Positions 25,501 through 37,787 of a DNA stretch of 64,000 nt are shown here, piece by piece. The position numbers were made by a program, and so were the translations under genes. Source of the DNA: Bugula neritina (Eukaryota; Animalia; Bryozoa); the NCBI GenBank assembly GCA_964035545.1, contig OZ037765.1:12162698-12226697 (forward strand), read 5' to 3'. A model generated the notes under the pieces. That model saw nothing but the letters and a program-made list of their open reading frames with translations, made no database searches and was not told where the DNA came from. The stretch's first letter is position 1, and the number at the start of each line of letters is the position of its first letter.

Positions 25501-27206
25501 TAACTTACATGTTACTAGTGAAAACTATTATGTGTGATAACTAACAAATAGGAAACAAGAAGTAGTGATGACAGACAAATACAACAAAGAGTCAGCAAGT
25601 AAACTGAGCATACAAACAGGTGTTATCATTGCTCTAGTAAACTGAAATATGGTCATAAAATCTTGACTCTATAATCACTAATTAACATTATATTTAGAAA
25701 AAAAAATTAGTTCCAATGCCGAACAATAGTAAAAGGACAGTTACCTTTGACATCATAGCCAGAGATCTCAAAACTAACAAGAGGATTATAGTCTGTAGCT
25801 ATATCTAAGCCACGCTCTCCCTTTAACCATACACCGTGTTTTCCATCTAATGAAATGCCTATATAGCCATTTCCTACAAGGTAATGAGAACTTAAAACAG
25901 GTGATTGTAAAGTTAACTTAACGAACACTCTTAGTTTCTGGACCATCATGGGTCACACAGCTATCTCTTTCTAATCTTGTTCTACAAAATCTCTCTTGAA
26001 GTGTTAAACAACAATAAACAACCAGTCAAATCATTTAAAAGTCTGTGAGTCACCAATACAATATATGAAAAGCGAAAGAACTACATTGCATTCAAGTATT
26101 CTAGCATAAACCAAATATAAAAGTACAAGGAATCAAGTAAAATAAAGAAGAACTTTCACAGTTATTGCAATATAAAACTTTTTAAAATATTATAAGTTTC
26201 ATAAAATCAAGAAATACTAACCTATGTATGGCAAAAAATATTTTTCCACGGGTTTTGCTTTATCTGATGTTGGAACATGATAAACAAATGAATTCTGTGA
26301 GTTAACTTTAGTATTATATATCTTTAGTCGATCTTGAAGGCATCTCTCTATTCGAGCTAAAAGCACAAGTAACAACTGTTTTTTAAATGTAATGAATATG
26401 GCTTCAGATATGAAGAAATGACACATGTTTAATTATATACACTTTAAAAATGTATCTATAAGTACATACAGCATATCTAACATAAACAGCTATATGAATA
26501 TGTTATGAAAAGTGGTTTCATACATGAAGTAACAATGTGTATGATAATGTTTAATATATACTATACAATCATATCTTCATGTACACACAGCACATCAAAT
26601 ATATTAGCTCAATTACTTTATTGACTACCTGTAGTCACATAGTTAACCTAAACCATTTGATAAATGCAAGTATCTAATCAAGATATTCTTTAACATGAAA
26701 TCAAAACCACCTGTAGTGTATGGTTTCAAATCAACGTTAGTTTCATTCTATTTTTTCTATATTAGTGTTGAAAACTTTCCACGCTATTTGCTGGAAATTT
26801 ATTAAAATAAAATACAGGCATGACTCAACACAGAATCTCCATACTTACTTAATACCATGTACCGATGACTCCCCGACTTCAACAGAGGTATGATTAAATA
26901 AATTATTATAACCACGCCCAACACCCCCAGGACCAGCTTTCTTCCGCTAGGCCTGCAACAAATGCGAAATTCTAAAGAGGTATGATCTATTTCTCTTACA
27001 GTGATGTGCAACAACTTCTACATCAGTTGAGACAATAAATTTGAATTCAAATGACAGTGGCTCACAAAATGATTAAATCCTAGCTCGATGAAAGTATTTT
27101 AAAAAAATAAAGAATTAAGGGCTAATAAAGCTGAGGCCACAAGCAGCGGAATTTCGTGTGCGAAATGTATGCAGTGAAAATCCGCTGCTGAAGTTACTCA
27201 CCACAT
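19568..27206 (-). CDS. KIAA2013: KIAA2013-like (DUF2152) conserved membrane protein
   Basis: Exons (-): 27206-27202 (ATG TG), 26952-26849, 26356-26222, 25873-25745, 25355-25288, 24577-24405, 24078-23941, 23662-23482, 22870-22668, 22146-22034, 21706-21436, 21013-20886, 19758-19568. Features: N-terminal TM, FLPYIGNGY, YVHRTRPGLLVQE, LWQSGFAIS, INSTLYYILS, GAEGVLQAVLLSLGGL, FPVKLTKPLTAILY, and C-terminal TM GLPAIFWVILALLIVTFHFFLFKMIFSELC. Confidence 0.9.
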
Positions 27207-28019
27207 GCAATACGTTGACAGCAGGGCGAAATTTAAGCAACTAACTGTATTTGCCAATGGCTTTACTTTCCTATTAAAAATTATTTTATTTTGAAATTTT
27301 ACTTGCTGTTCTCAATAATGTGGAATCGATTGAAACAAAACTAAAATATAAAACACAATAACTGGGCTCACTAAATGGTGATCAGCCAAATAGATTGTTA
27401 CCGCATAAACTTTTCACAGTATTCATTTATCATTTTGACTACATGAAAGCCTCACAAAATAGCCCTATTTTGCTGCCTTTGCAAAGTTTTCGAAAATGGT
27501 CCACTCAGAAAGCCTCTCTGTATGGCCCTAGCTTTATAGTAAAATTATACTTATGCAAATTAGGGTTCAGATTAACAGCTCCTCAAATAACTGAGATAAG
27601 ACATTGTGTATATCTGAAACTCACCTTGCTAATGAAAAAGAACTAAGCTTTTGAAGTAATATGTTTTTCATTTGACCTTGTGGGATATTCATTCTGTGAA
27701 AACGATTCAGGAACTGAGCATTATATAACTTAAATGTCATCAAGCAGTTGATGGGAAGTTATTGAACAATGGCCAACTGCAGAGAAGAGCTGAAATAAAG
27801 TTTCGATGTGTGAAATTGAAATTTAAATAACTTTAGATATTTTATTCAAATGAGCTGAATTCTACAAGACAATACTGTTGATAGTTGACTAAAACTTGCT
27901 GCTATGCTTATTTATTCTTTTCAACACTAGTCTCTAACACTAATCTGTTTTCATTGTCAGCTAACCTATGACTGAGTTTCAATAAAATGATGCATTGCAT
28001 TTAGATTTACCAATTATTT

Positions 28020-28760
28020 CATTATCATCGTCATCATGTTTATGACATATTGATACCGATAGTGATACGTTGACAGTGACACTCGGATATTCATGTTATC
28101 AGTATGAGCATGAGTATCACTCTCACCATCGCAATGAAAATGACGGCCATCTTTATCATGACCATATGTGATCATGATATGATGGTTGATTTACTTTTGC
28201 TTTTAGTGATTATGATTACCATTATCACTAAGTTTATCGTTATGATTATTGTTATGATATCTTTATGATAACATATAACTATTAGTATTATTACTATTAT
28301 CACTAGCAAAGTACTAGTATCACTATCAGTATCAGTATGAGTATGAGTATCTCTGTTTGAAGTTAAATACTAAAATAGTCTAGTAGTAGTATGAGTATCA
28401 CTATCAATATTTATTAGTATCAATCACACTATCACTATAATTATCAGTATCACTATCAGTATCACTATCAGTATCTACTAGTACTATAGTATAAGTATAA
28501 CTAGAGTCTATAACTTATAAGTATCAGTATGACACTGACAGTATCTACTTCTAGTATCAGTATGAGTATCAGTATCTTTGCTTAAATATTCTATTATCTG
28601 GAAAACATTAGCTTAGTACCAATTTTGCTGATTTTATTCAACTATGGTTGCAATCAATTAAATGTTATTGCTATTAAATACTAAATTTAGTAATTACAGT
28701 CATGACTCATAGTGATAGAATGATAGTGATAGCGTCAGCACCATTATCATTATGATGATA
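28020..28760. repeat. Degenerate hexamer-periodic tract (agtatc/agtatg/actatc)
   Basis: Example: cactatcagtatcagtatgagtatgagtatc (28321-28351). Upstream of the KIAA2013 start codon. Confidence 0.7.
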
Positions 28761-29696
28761 ACAGTTGTAATTTAACAGCGGACACACCAAGAGAAATTAG
28801 GTTACTTGACTTGCTAGTTTTAAAGAACGACTGCTCAGCGTGTACTAACCGAAATAATATTGTTTTATAAAGTTAAACGGCTTTTTAATGGGAAACAAAA
28901 ATATATGCAAGATATGATACAAAGAAAGGACAACTCATAAAAAATATCTACGTATTCGCGTATTCTACGTTTCACAATTTTCACTATATCATTTTGCAAG
29001 TGGTTTCAATGGCTGCTTTAAAAATACCGCAAAAAAGTAAACTGTAGTCTGTAATGCTTTACTTTTATTTGCAGAAAAACTGAAACAGTTACGAAACAAT
29101 TTAGTCAGCAAATACATGAATACGTATTACATTCACTGACAAAAATCTTCACAACTCTATCTGTAAGTTACAAATACATACCATTGTATACAAATTAATA
29201 TAGGTACTGTATTATATCAAAGCTAGGTAATTATTAATTATAAGATATGCTAATATTTAAATGTTTAAAATAATAGCTGCTGCAAACACAATAATACTTA
29301 CTGTGTGAAACGTTATAGTCTTGTCAGAATTTGTGTAAAGAATTTTAATAATGTATATTAAAATATACCACATATTCACGCGATTGAAATATTTTCATGT
29401 AGAGCTTTAGAACAAGTATAATATAGAAATTATTTTAAATGTGGCTTGAGCAAAAAAATAGCTGTTTGACTCTAATTTGCAAGAACTCATTGTAAAACGA
29501 TTATATAGTTGAATAATATGTTTATTTTAGTTGGGATATTATAAACTAAAACTTTATGCAAGTTAGCTAAAATGAATTGGTAAATCATGCACTGTAGTAT
29601 ACTAATATTTTAGTAATAAATACACATATTATATTAATATTATACATTATATATTGCATGTATTGCATTGTCTTGAATGCAGTTACGAATGTAGTA

Positions 29697-30934
29697 ATGT
29701 CAACTGTGTTGGGCACAACGTCACTACTTTGCTTGTCAACTTCGTTGTTACTTGTGAATTTTGCGAATCCTATCTTCTCTATTATATCTGTCATAATGTG
29801 TATACTAGAAGAAGAGTTCTTTGATTGTGTTGAAAAGATTGTGGAAGAGTATTTTGATGCTCTGGAACAGTTTGGTAAGATTCTCAATAAGCATATTACA
29901 TAATTATGACAGCAATAAGCTGATATGTTATTATGCTGTAATAATTAAAACATTGGAATACTAATTCAAACTAGCTTATTTTAGACTTATTATTTTTCCC
30001 AAACAGTTTTCAAGTAAATTGACTTTATTAAACTCACCCCATACCTCTCACCTAAACATAACTCATACCTTGTGTTTACAGATGGTGAAAAACCCACTTT
30101 GCCTCAGCCAGAGCTAAATGATGACCAGCCAGATGAGGCAGAGATTAGAAAGCCAATTGATATTGATCAGAATGAAGTGACAGATGAGGACCAAACTCAA
30201 CCACTCCTTCCAACTGTCACCATCAGGCCAGGAGTGGTAGGTTATCTACTCTGTACAATGTATTATGATATCAAATTATACTATTAAAATTCATTGCTCA
30301 AACCACAAATTGGATTTAAAGCAGTGTGTCAGCATCCTAAATTAAAGCAAGCAATTTGAAATTTTATATAGGTGCAAATTATTGTGTTGTATAATGTTTC
30401 TTGCTATAATTACCAATGAAATCATTATCCTTTGCAGAAACCTAAATCTGGGCCTCCATCTGAAGTAGCAAGCTTTGAGCATGAGTTTGAGGAGGTATGT
30501 TAACCATAAAGTTCTATACAGTGCTAATTATTAATAATAGAAACTGATCTATGACAGGATGAGTGAGCATAAAATCTAGTGTAAACAGCTAGCTGAATGT
30601 ACTTATAAGAAAATATGATATTTTTAGGGCTGTTATGGCGGACATTGCCGATTCTGTTTGATGGCGAGAGGAGAGTATGACGAAAGGAGATACCTGAGTA
30701 AGTGCACCTATTTTTAAGAGACTAATTTTCATGAAAAACCCAATTCCTTTCAATTTCTAATTGCTGTGAATGAACCATAAATGTTGTGTCTTGAATAATA
30801 TAGGCTAATCTAAAATTTATAATTTTGTAGATTACAGGGGTCGGAGGTCACTTGGAAAAAGAATCAAGGGCTTTTTTAAAAAAAATTTTTGTTGCTGTTT
30901 TTATCCTTATGGCGAGGACGTCATTGTGCTTTAA
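29697..30934 (+). CDS. Small orphan protein with two FFAT-like motifs, an acidic linker and a polybasic/CCC C-terminus
   Basis: Exons ...-29874, 30082-30236, 30438-30494, 30628-30697, 30831-30934, all GT-AG in phase, with AATAAA at about 30968. Protein: ...EEEFFDCVEKIVEEYFDALEQFDGEKPTLPQPELNDDQPDEAEIRKPIDIDQNEVTDEDQTQPLLPTVTIRPGVKPKSGPPSEVASFEHEFEEGCYGGHCRFCLMARGEYDERRYLNYRGRRSLGKRIKGFFKKNFCCCFYPYGEDVIVL*. The start is uncertain: ATG 29697 gives a hydrophobic leader, while ATG about 29572 plus a microexon gives MNCYECK. Confidence 0.7.
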
Positions 30935-31669
30935 ATTATATTATTTATTATGTTATATTTGAAATACAATAAACTATTATATTCCATTATTCAAATCTAT
31001 TTGTAAAATACTATTAGTGTTTTTTGGTTTAAACTAAATTTATAAATGCAGCTAAACCAGTTATAAGTCCACAACTCTTTGTCATGCATGTGAGCACAAG
31101 TTAAATTGGTATGACAACTACCAACAAGTAGTCACAATTGTCCTACATTCTAATTTTTATAATATTGTGTTATAAAAGTACATAAATAACCAAAAGCATT
31201 CAATACTCATAGAACCCAAAATCTATAAAAGCTGCAACTTGTAGCCCAGGGGCACTGTAGCCCAATTACAGGGCAGGTGGTAAGCAGGAAACACTATGTT
31301 AGAAAGAAGGCAAGGTTTATGAAATTTATTTTACTCTTTTAGCTTCACCATATGAGACTAGTATATTTATTATTTCATAAATGTTAAGATCGATTTGCAC
31401 TGGAACATTTCATTTATGGAGACAGCTGTTTACAGTTTTTAGAAAGCCGGCAGTAAGCTCTACACACTCTACAAGGCCACCATTTTATTACAACTAGTAT
31501 AACTGAGCTGAGAAATTGTATATTTATGTGAAAACAAGAGCATTTAATGGCAAGACTCACACTGTGTAGTTTAGCAGTTTCCATAACAGATATTCTCTAT
31601 TTCCCTCAGATATTTCAAAACTCTTTGAGCTAAAGACTTCAACATCTAAAGGCGTAATAGCAGTTGCAA

Positions 31670-31933
<264 letters not shown>

Positions 31934-31989
31934 TTGAGAGTTTGAGTCAGCTAGTGATACTGCCATTTTTAACAATCTACCCATAATAT

Positions 31990-33090
31990 TCTGGAGATGA
32001 TGCTTTTATAAAGACAATTGTTACCCGTCTCTAGATGTCTGCCTGGTAACTTTTTACATGCAGCATAAGTTTATTTTTTGTGGGAAAAGCTGAGAATTTT
32101 GTTGCGCCATCTTTGTTGGAGAACAGAATACAGAGCATATCAGCCATCATCTACGCTTATTTACAAACTTTTCTATTAATAAGTAGTTGCAGTTGAGACT
32201 TGAAGTACTTTCCAAGCTGTTCAAAGCTTCCAGCACAGTCCGAGTCTTATTGTTTCAAGAAGGAGTAGGATGTGCACTTTGCTTTTCCATAAAATTGTGC
32301 AAATCAAATCACAACCTGATAGAGCATGAAAGCCAGAAAGTGCTGCACACAACTCATGTCCAAGTTTATTTGCAGCAAAATTGAGATCTAAATATCTCAT
32401 ATGATCATCATGTTCTGTGAATGTATAAAAGTTTTCAAATAGTATAGTATATTGCAAGTATTGAGACTCAAGATAAAGAGTCAGTGTCTTGAAACTTTAG
32501 TATTATACACTTACACACTATATTTTTTATATAAGATCACGCATGTATGCATGTGTCTCATCATGATCTGTATATAAGCGCTTGATTTCAGGTTTTCTTA
32601 TGAACTCTGCCATGTTTTGACAATATTAGCTAAATGCAGTTTCCTTCAAATGCAACAACTATGACAATATCCACTGTCTAGCCTCTTTCACCCTATTTTT
32701 CATGCAAAAAGTGCACCAGAAGTTTTTTGCTAGCTGCCAGGAAATTGCAAAATAATTGACTGGAAATCTTTGATTTGAACAAATGTTCCATGACCACCTA
32801 TTATATAGCATGACTTGATCTCTCCATGTTCTTAAAACAGGTTTTTTAGATTTAAGTCACACAAAAAATCTATCTAGCATGAAGGATAGGAATGGGCTCT
32901 TACAATAAGTTTTGTAAGGATTGTATATCAGCATGCAAACCAATTGCAAGAACAGTTTTCAGTTCGTGGAGCTCTGCCATTCCATCAAAGATGATAGTTG
33001 AGTTAATAGATGAATGTTTGAAGCATTGCAGTCTGTGGTATATTCTCTTCCAATAGCATTCATGAGAACACATATAGGTTCATCAGATTT
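31990..33090 (-). mobile_element. Decayed Academ(X)-like DNA transposon fragment (XPG/FEN-like nuclease region)
   Basis: Minus-strand remnants in the expected order: TIIFDGMAELH (about 32970-33000), TDHDE..H (about 32550-32572), QDTD (about 32480) and ELCAALSGFHALSGCD (32310-32357). Interrupted by stops and frameshifts. Confidence 0.65.
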
Positions 33091-35266
33091 TTATATATAA
33101 TATTAGATTGAGTTAAACATTGTAAGTAGGTGTTATGCGCCTACCAGAACCAGACTCCAAAAGAGTCTAAGAGTGCAGATCGAATTGAATAAAATTAGAA
33201 GTGGGCAGTCACGATTTTGTGATTTATTTTTATCATAAGTTAACTAATTATAGCCACAATTTATGCATTTAGTTGGAAATTTTCATTGGACCCGTAATTT
33301 TATTGCTATAATCATTTAAGCTCCCTTCATACTTTCTGGTGTGATAGCAAAAACGTAGCCTAAAATTGGATAAGAAATATTTTTAGAACAGCAAAACATG
33401 CCTAGGTAACCCTTATAAGCCTATAAATGTGCTAGTGTTTCTGGTTTACTCACCAATCAGTCTAGAACAGTTTGTCCTAGTTTTCTAGCAGGAAATTATG
33501 TTCTTTTGTGACTAATGGCACACATAAAAAGTAGTTTCCCATGATCCTTGTAAAAGGCACCACCAGATTTTTTTCTAATGGGTGACTTAAGCATAATTAT
33601 ATTATATAATATTTTAAATTATAGCAAAGCTTTAGGGTATTCCCTAAAAATAACTGAGCTAAATAAATTTTGTTTCTGAAATCATTATTAAAATAAAAAG
33701 TATGCATTTTAACGAACAGCATTGCTCATAAAATTATATATAGTTCAATTTAAGTTTTACAAAGTTGAAACATCCTCCGAAGTTCAGAAAAATTGCTCAT
33801 GCTTCTCATTTCCTTTTATTGTACCTAATAGTAGTGACAATATTTAAAATCATTAGCTTTAATAATTTCAAGATATCTGACGGCATAGATAAATTTAGGG
33901 GAAAGCAACTCCCTCGACAGTTTGAAGAGCTTTTGTGGTTAAATTGGAGGACAAAACAGCCTAGAGCTTTACAAAAATAGAGTTAAAAATGCCTTTATGA
34001 TCATCTGTATAAATTCTTATGTATATATAAAAATACTAGCCTTAATAAGTCCAAATTATTTAACTGATTTAAACAAAAATTAGGAGAAGACAACCAATGA
34101 TTTATTTTGAAAGTTTGAGAGGCTTTGTGGCTAACTATGTGCGCAGAACACTTTAGAGTTTTCACAGAATACTTAAGAACCTTAAAACTCTTAATTTCAA
34201 AAATAAAATTTCGTGGCTCACCCTCGGAGTGTACTGAGTGAAAGATAATTGGAGGTTGCTTCTAGACTAACAAGGGAATTTAACTTTTTTGTGTCTCTTG
34301 TAGTCGTTAGTGAACCAATCAAACAGCTACAAAGATGTTTTTAAAGTATTTTACTGAAAATGCACTAAGGCTGAAATATGCTCAAATGCTGAAAAGGAGC
34401 TGGTAAAATTGTTTGTGAGCTAGGGACTAAAATAACCCTAATTTACACGCTTTTGTTCTTCAAAGCAATCTAAGTTGCATTATTTTGAAAAGTTTTAGAA
34501 TATTTTGGTAAAGAGACATTGAATTTTCAGTAGCAATGTGTAAAACAAGTCATAAAAACGCCCATTACATGCAAAGGCCATGAAACAGACTCAGATACCA
34601 TAACTGGCATAACACAGGCTAAGGCGGTGGCTTTTAAATAGAGATATATAGAGTTCTTTTTAAATATACCAATGATTGACATGTTCAAATGCAGCAAATA
34701 GAACAGTGATGTTTTAGCAGTTGCATATTAACAATATTAAAACAGCTGAATGCATGGTTACTGCCTTGTAATAGTGTATTGCATTGCCAACAAGAAGTAA
34801 CATTTTAAGTAGATAAATGCTGAAACAATGAAAAAGTATAATATATCATGTTATTTGAAATTGATCAACTTGACTTTTTGAGAGATTTTTAAGATTTTTG
34901 GCTAAAAGAAGTCATTTTTAAGCAAAACTATGCTCCAACAATCTTGATAAGTTTCTTTATGTGCTTTTGTACAGAAATAACAACTATTTAATAGAAGTGG
35001 CAATTGGAAAATTCAAAGGCCATAAAAAGGGATGCCATAAAAAGGGCTAAAAATGGTGTTTAATCAAAAAAAATTTAGTGGAAGTGCATTGAAATAGTTT
35101 GAAACATTCACAAAGCAATGGAATGTCAGAAAATTTTATACAGTTATTGTAACTTAAACACAACAATTGTATTCCCTTATGTTTCTGAAAAAAGCTTCAT
35201 TGTTACAGATTTGAACTTTAAGCCAACAGCAAAAATTTCACAAATTACGTGTGATTGAGCACTAAC

Positions 35267-37010
35267 ATGCTTGCACAACTGAATATAATCGCCTATTTAA
35301 ATGTTGTTAATGTGCTCGTCATATTAAGTGGGATAATTATTGTACTGCCAGTGGCTCTGATATGTTGCTGCTATTTTAAATCGTCTGGAAAGCAAGCTGC
35401 AGCTGAACATTTTCGAACGAACAGTTCCATGCCAGAAAATGAGGGGTGGGTTTAATTAGCGCTAGCAGTTGGTGTAACTGTCCTGTTGTTTGATAGATCT
35501 TATATATCACATAATATTGTATACTGCTGCAGATTCAAGCTTTTACATTAGAATCAGCTAAGCACGTTTCTATTTAAGTATTGACAGTTGAACTGTCCTT
35601 TAAATAAATATCAAGAAAATGTTGCTATGGTTAAACTTAGTTTTTACATTAGATGATAAAAAAACTTATGTTTCTATTAAAGCATATTTAAAATGTGTGT
35701 AAACTCAAGCCAGAGAGTTCAAGTGACCGTCAAAGCCTTACATAGTGCCAGCAGCTTAAGTTTATGGGCACGGTTAGAGAGCTCAATCATTTAATATTAA
35801 TGCTTAGCATATATATTTCTACAGTAATTTTTCTCCAGAAAGATATTTTTACGTGCTTCCATGTAAACATAACAATGCATTTTAGTTCTGCCAATGAAGA
35901 TAATCAAGCCTCTGGTAACAGAGAATATTATGCTATGATAAAGAGACCACTTAATTATGTACCCAAGTAAGTACTGGGCAAACAGAGATTTCACTAAAAT
36001 ACTTTAAAATTAAAATTATATCTGTAAAACGAAACCAAAATATTTTTCCAAGCACCAGCACCTACAAAACCAATGCAAACCATAGATTAGCTGTTTTATA
36101 ATATAAACAAATTTAAAAATATGGACTTTTCTCTGGTAGCTCCTCAGTTCTTCAATAATATCTATTCCTTAATGTGAGAATAAAACACTTTGTCAAATAT
36201 TTACATTAGCATTCAAAATGATAACTTGTTGACTGCATTATGTGGTCAGCTATGAATGAGTGTTATGATTGTTTCAGTGGTATTATAATATATTACAGTT
36301 TAGCCCCAGCTATTTGTCCTTTATATCACCTATTTTTTGCTATATGTCGGTATATATAAATAAAATTTGCTGGCATAGCTGTTGCATGAAAGCTTAGTAG
36401 TGCTAATACGAGTTTATTATACTTGCAGCCCCAAGAATGTAAACCGGCAACCAACAAGTCAAGACTATTATGATAGGATGGTAGGTTTTCCCTAAACTCT
36501 TTTCTTTCTTATATAATTTATTGACTTGTAAAGTTGTCAATTAAATATTGTAATAAATTTTGCTTCTTATTTGTAGCGACAAAACCCCAACAGAAGATCT
36601 GAACCAAAACCGGTACCTTTACCAAAACAGTTTTCGGGGTCCTCCCTACCATCTTTTGGATGTACACCTCCACGTATTCAATCATATGTACAACCATACA
36701 TTCCAGCACCACAACCTATACTTGTTCAAGTAATTTATACATAACTGTATATTAGTACTTTAAATAATGTCTATCATGCATTAATCTGAGGCTGCTAACC
36801 TTAGTATCCTAGGATTAGGTTCTCATATCCGGAAGTTTAAAGTTTTAAAGTTTAAACTTTTTTATTTATTTTGTTAATATACCACACACAAACGACAATA
36901 TAACCTTCCTATATTTGTTTATGTTATATATAAAGAAAGTTGCAGGTGAATAAATTAACTTGTGTGTGAGTGTGAGTGTGAGTGTGAGTGTGAGTGTGAG
37001 TGTGAGTGTG

Positions 37011-37060
<50 letters not shown>

Positions 37061-37702
37061 TGTGTGTGTGTGAGTGTGTGTGTGTGAGTGTGTGTGTGTG
37101 AGTGTGTGTGTGAGTGTGTGTGTGTGAGTGTGTGTGAGTGTGTGTGTGAGTGTGTGTGTGTGTGAGTGTGTGTGTGAGTGTGTGTGTGTGTGTGTGTGTG
37201 AGTGTGTGAGTGTGTGTGTGAGTGTGTGTGTGTGAGTGTGTGTGTGAGTGTGTGTGTGTGAGTGTGTGTGTGAGTGTGTGTGTGAGTGTGTGTGTGTGTG
37301 AGTGTGTGTGTGGGTGTGTGTGTGAGTGTGTGTGTGAGTGTGTGTGTGTGTGAGTGTGTGTGTGTTAGTCATTGGAAGCTCAAAAGTATCACACTATAAG
37401 TTAATTTCAAAATACTATTATGTTACAGATCTTAAATTATTTCATATGTTAAAAAACATAGTACAATGGCTCTATTAACACAAGCTCTATATTTACTGCT
37501 CATTTATTAAATTAACTATTTGTTTATGACAGGGTTCAGTCAAACCTATTGAAACAGCACAGCCTCAAATTGTTCAAATGATAAAGAAAAAAAGAAAGAA
37601 GACATTGATTACTGATGGTCGGTTTAATACATGCTTTGAAAAAAAGAAATTTGGTTTTGTATATGTTGTTCACTGTTCTGTGGCCTATGCAGCAATGTCT
37701 TG

Positions 37703-37787
<85 letters not shown>

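Noticed and set aside
33130-34730. Possible non-autonomous TE
   Set aside because: No termini or coding remnants could be defined by eye.
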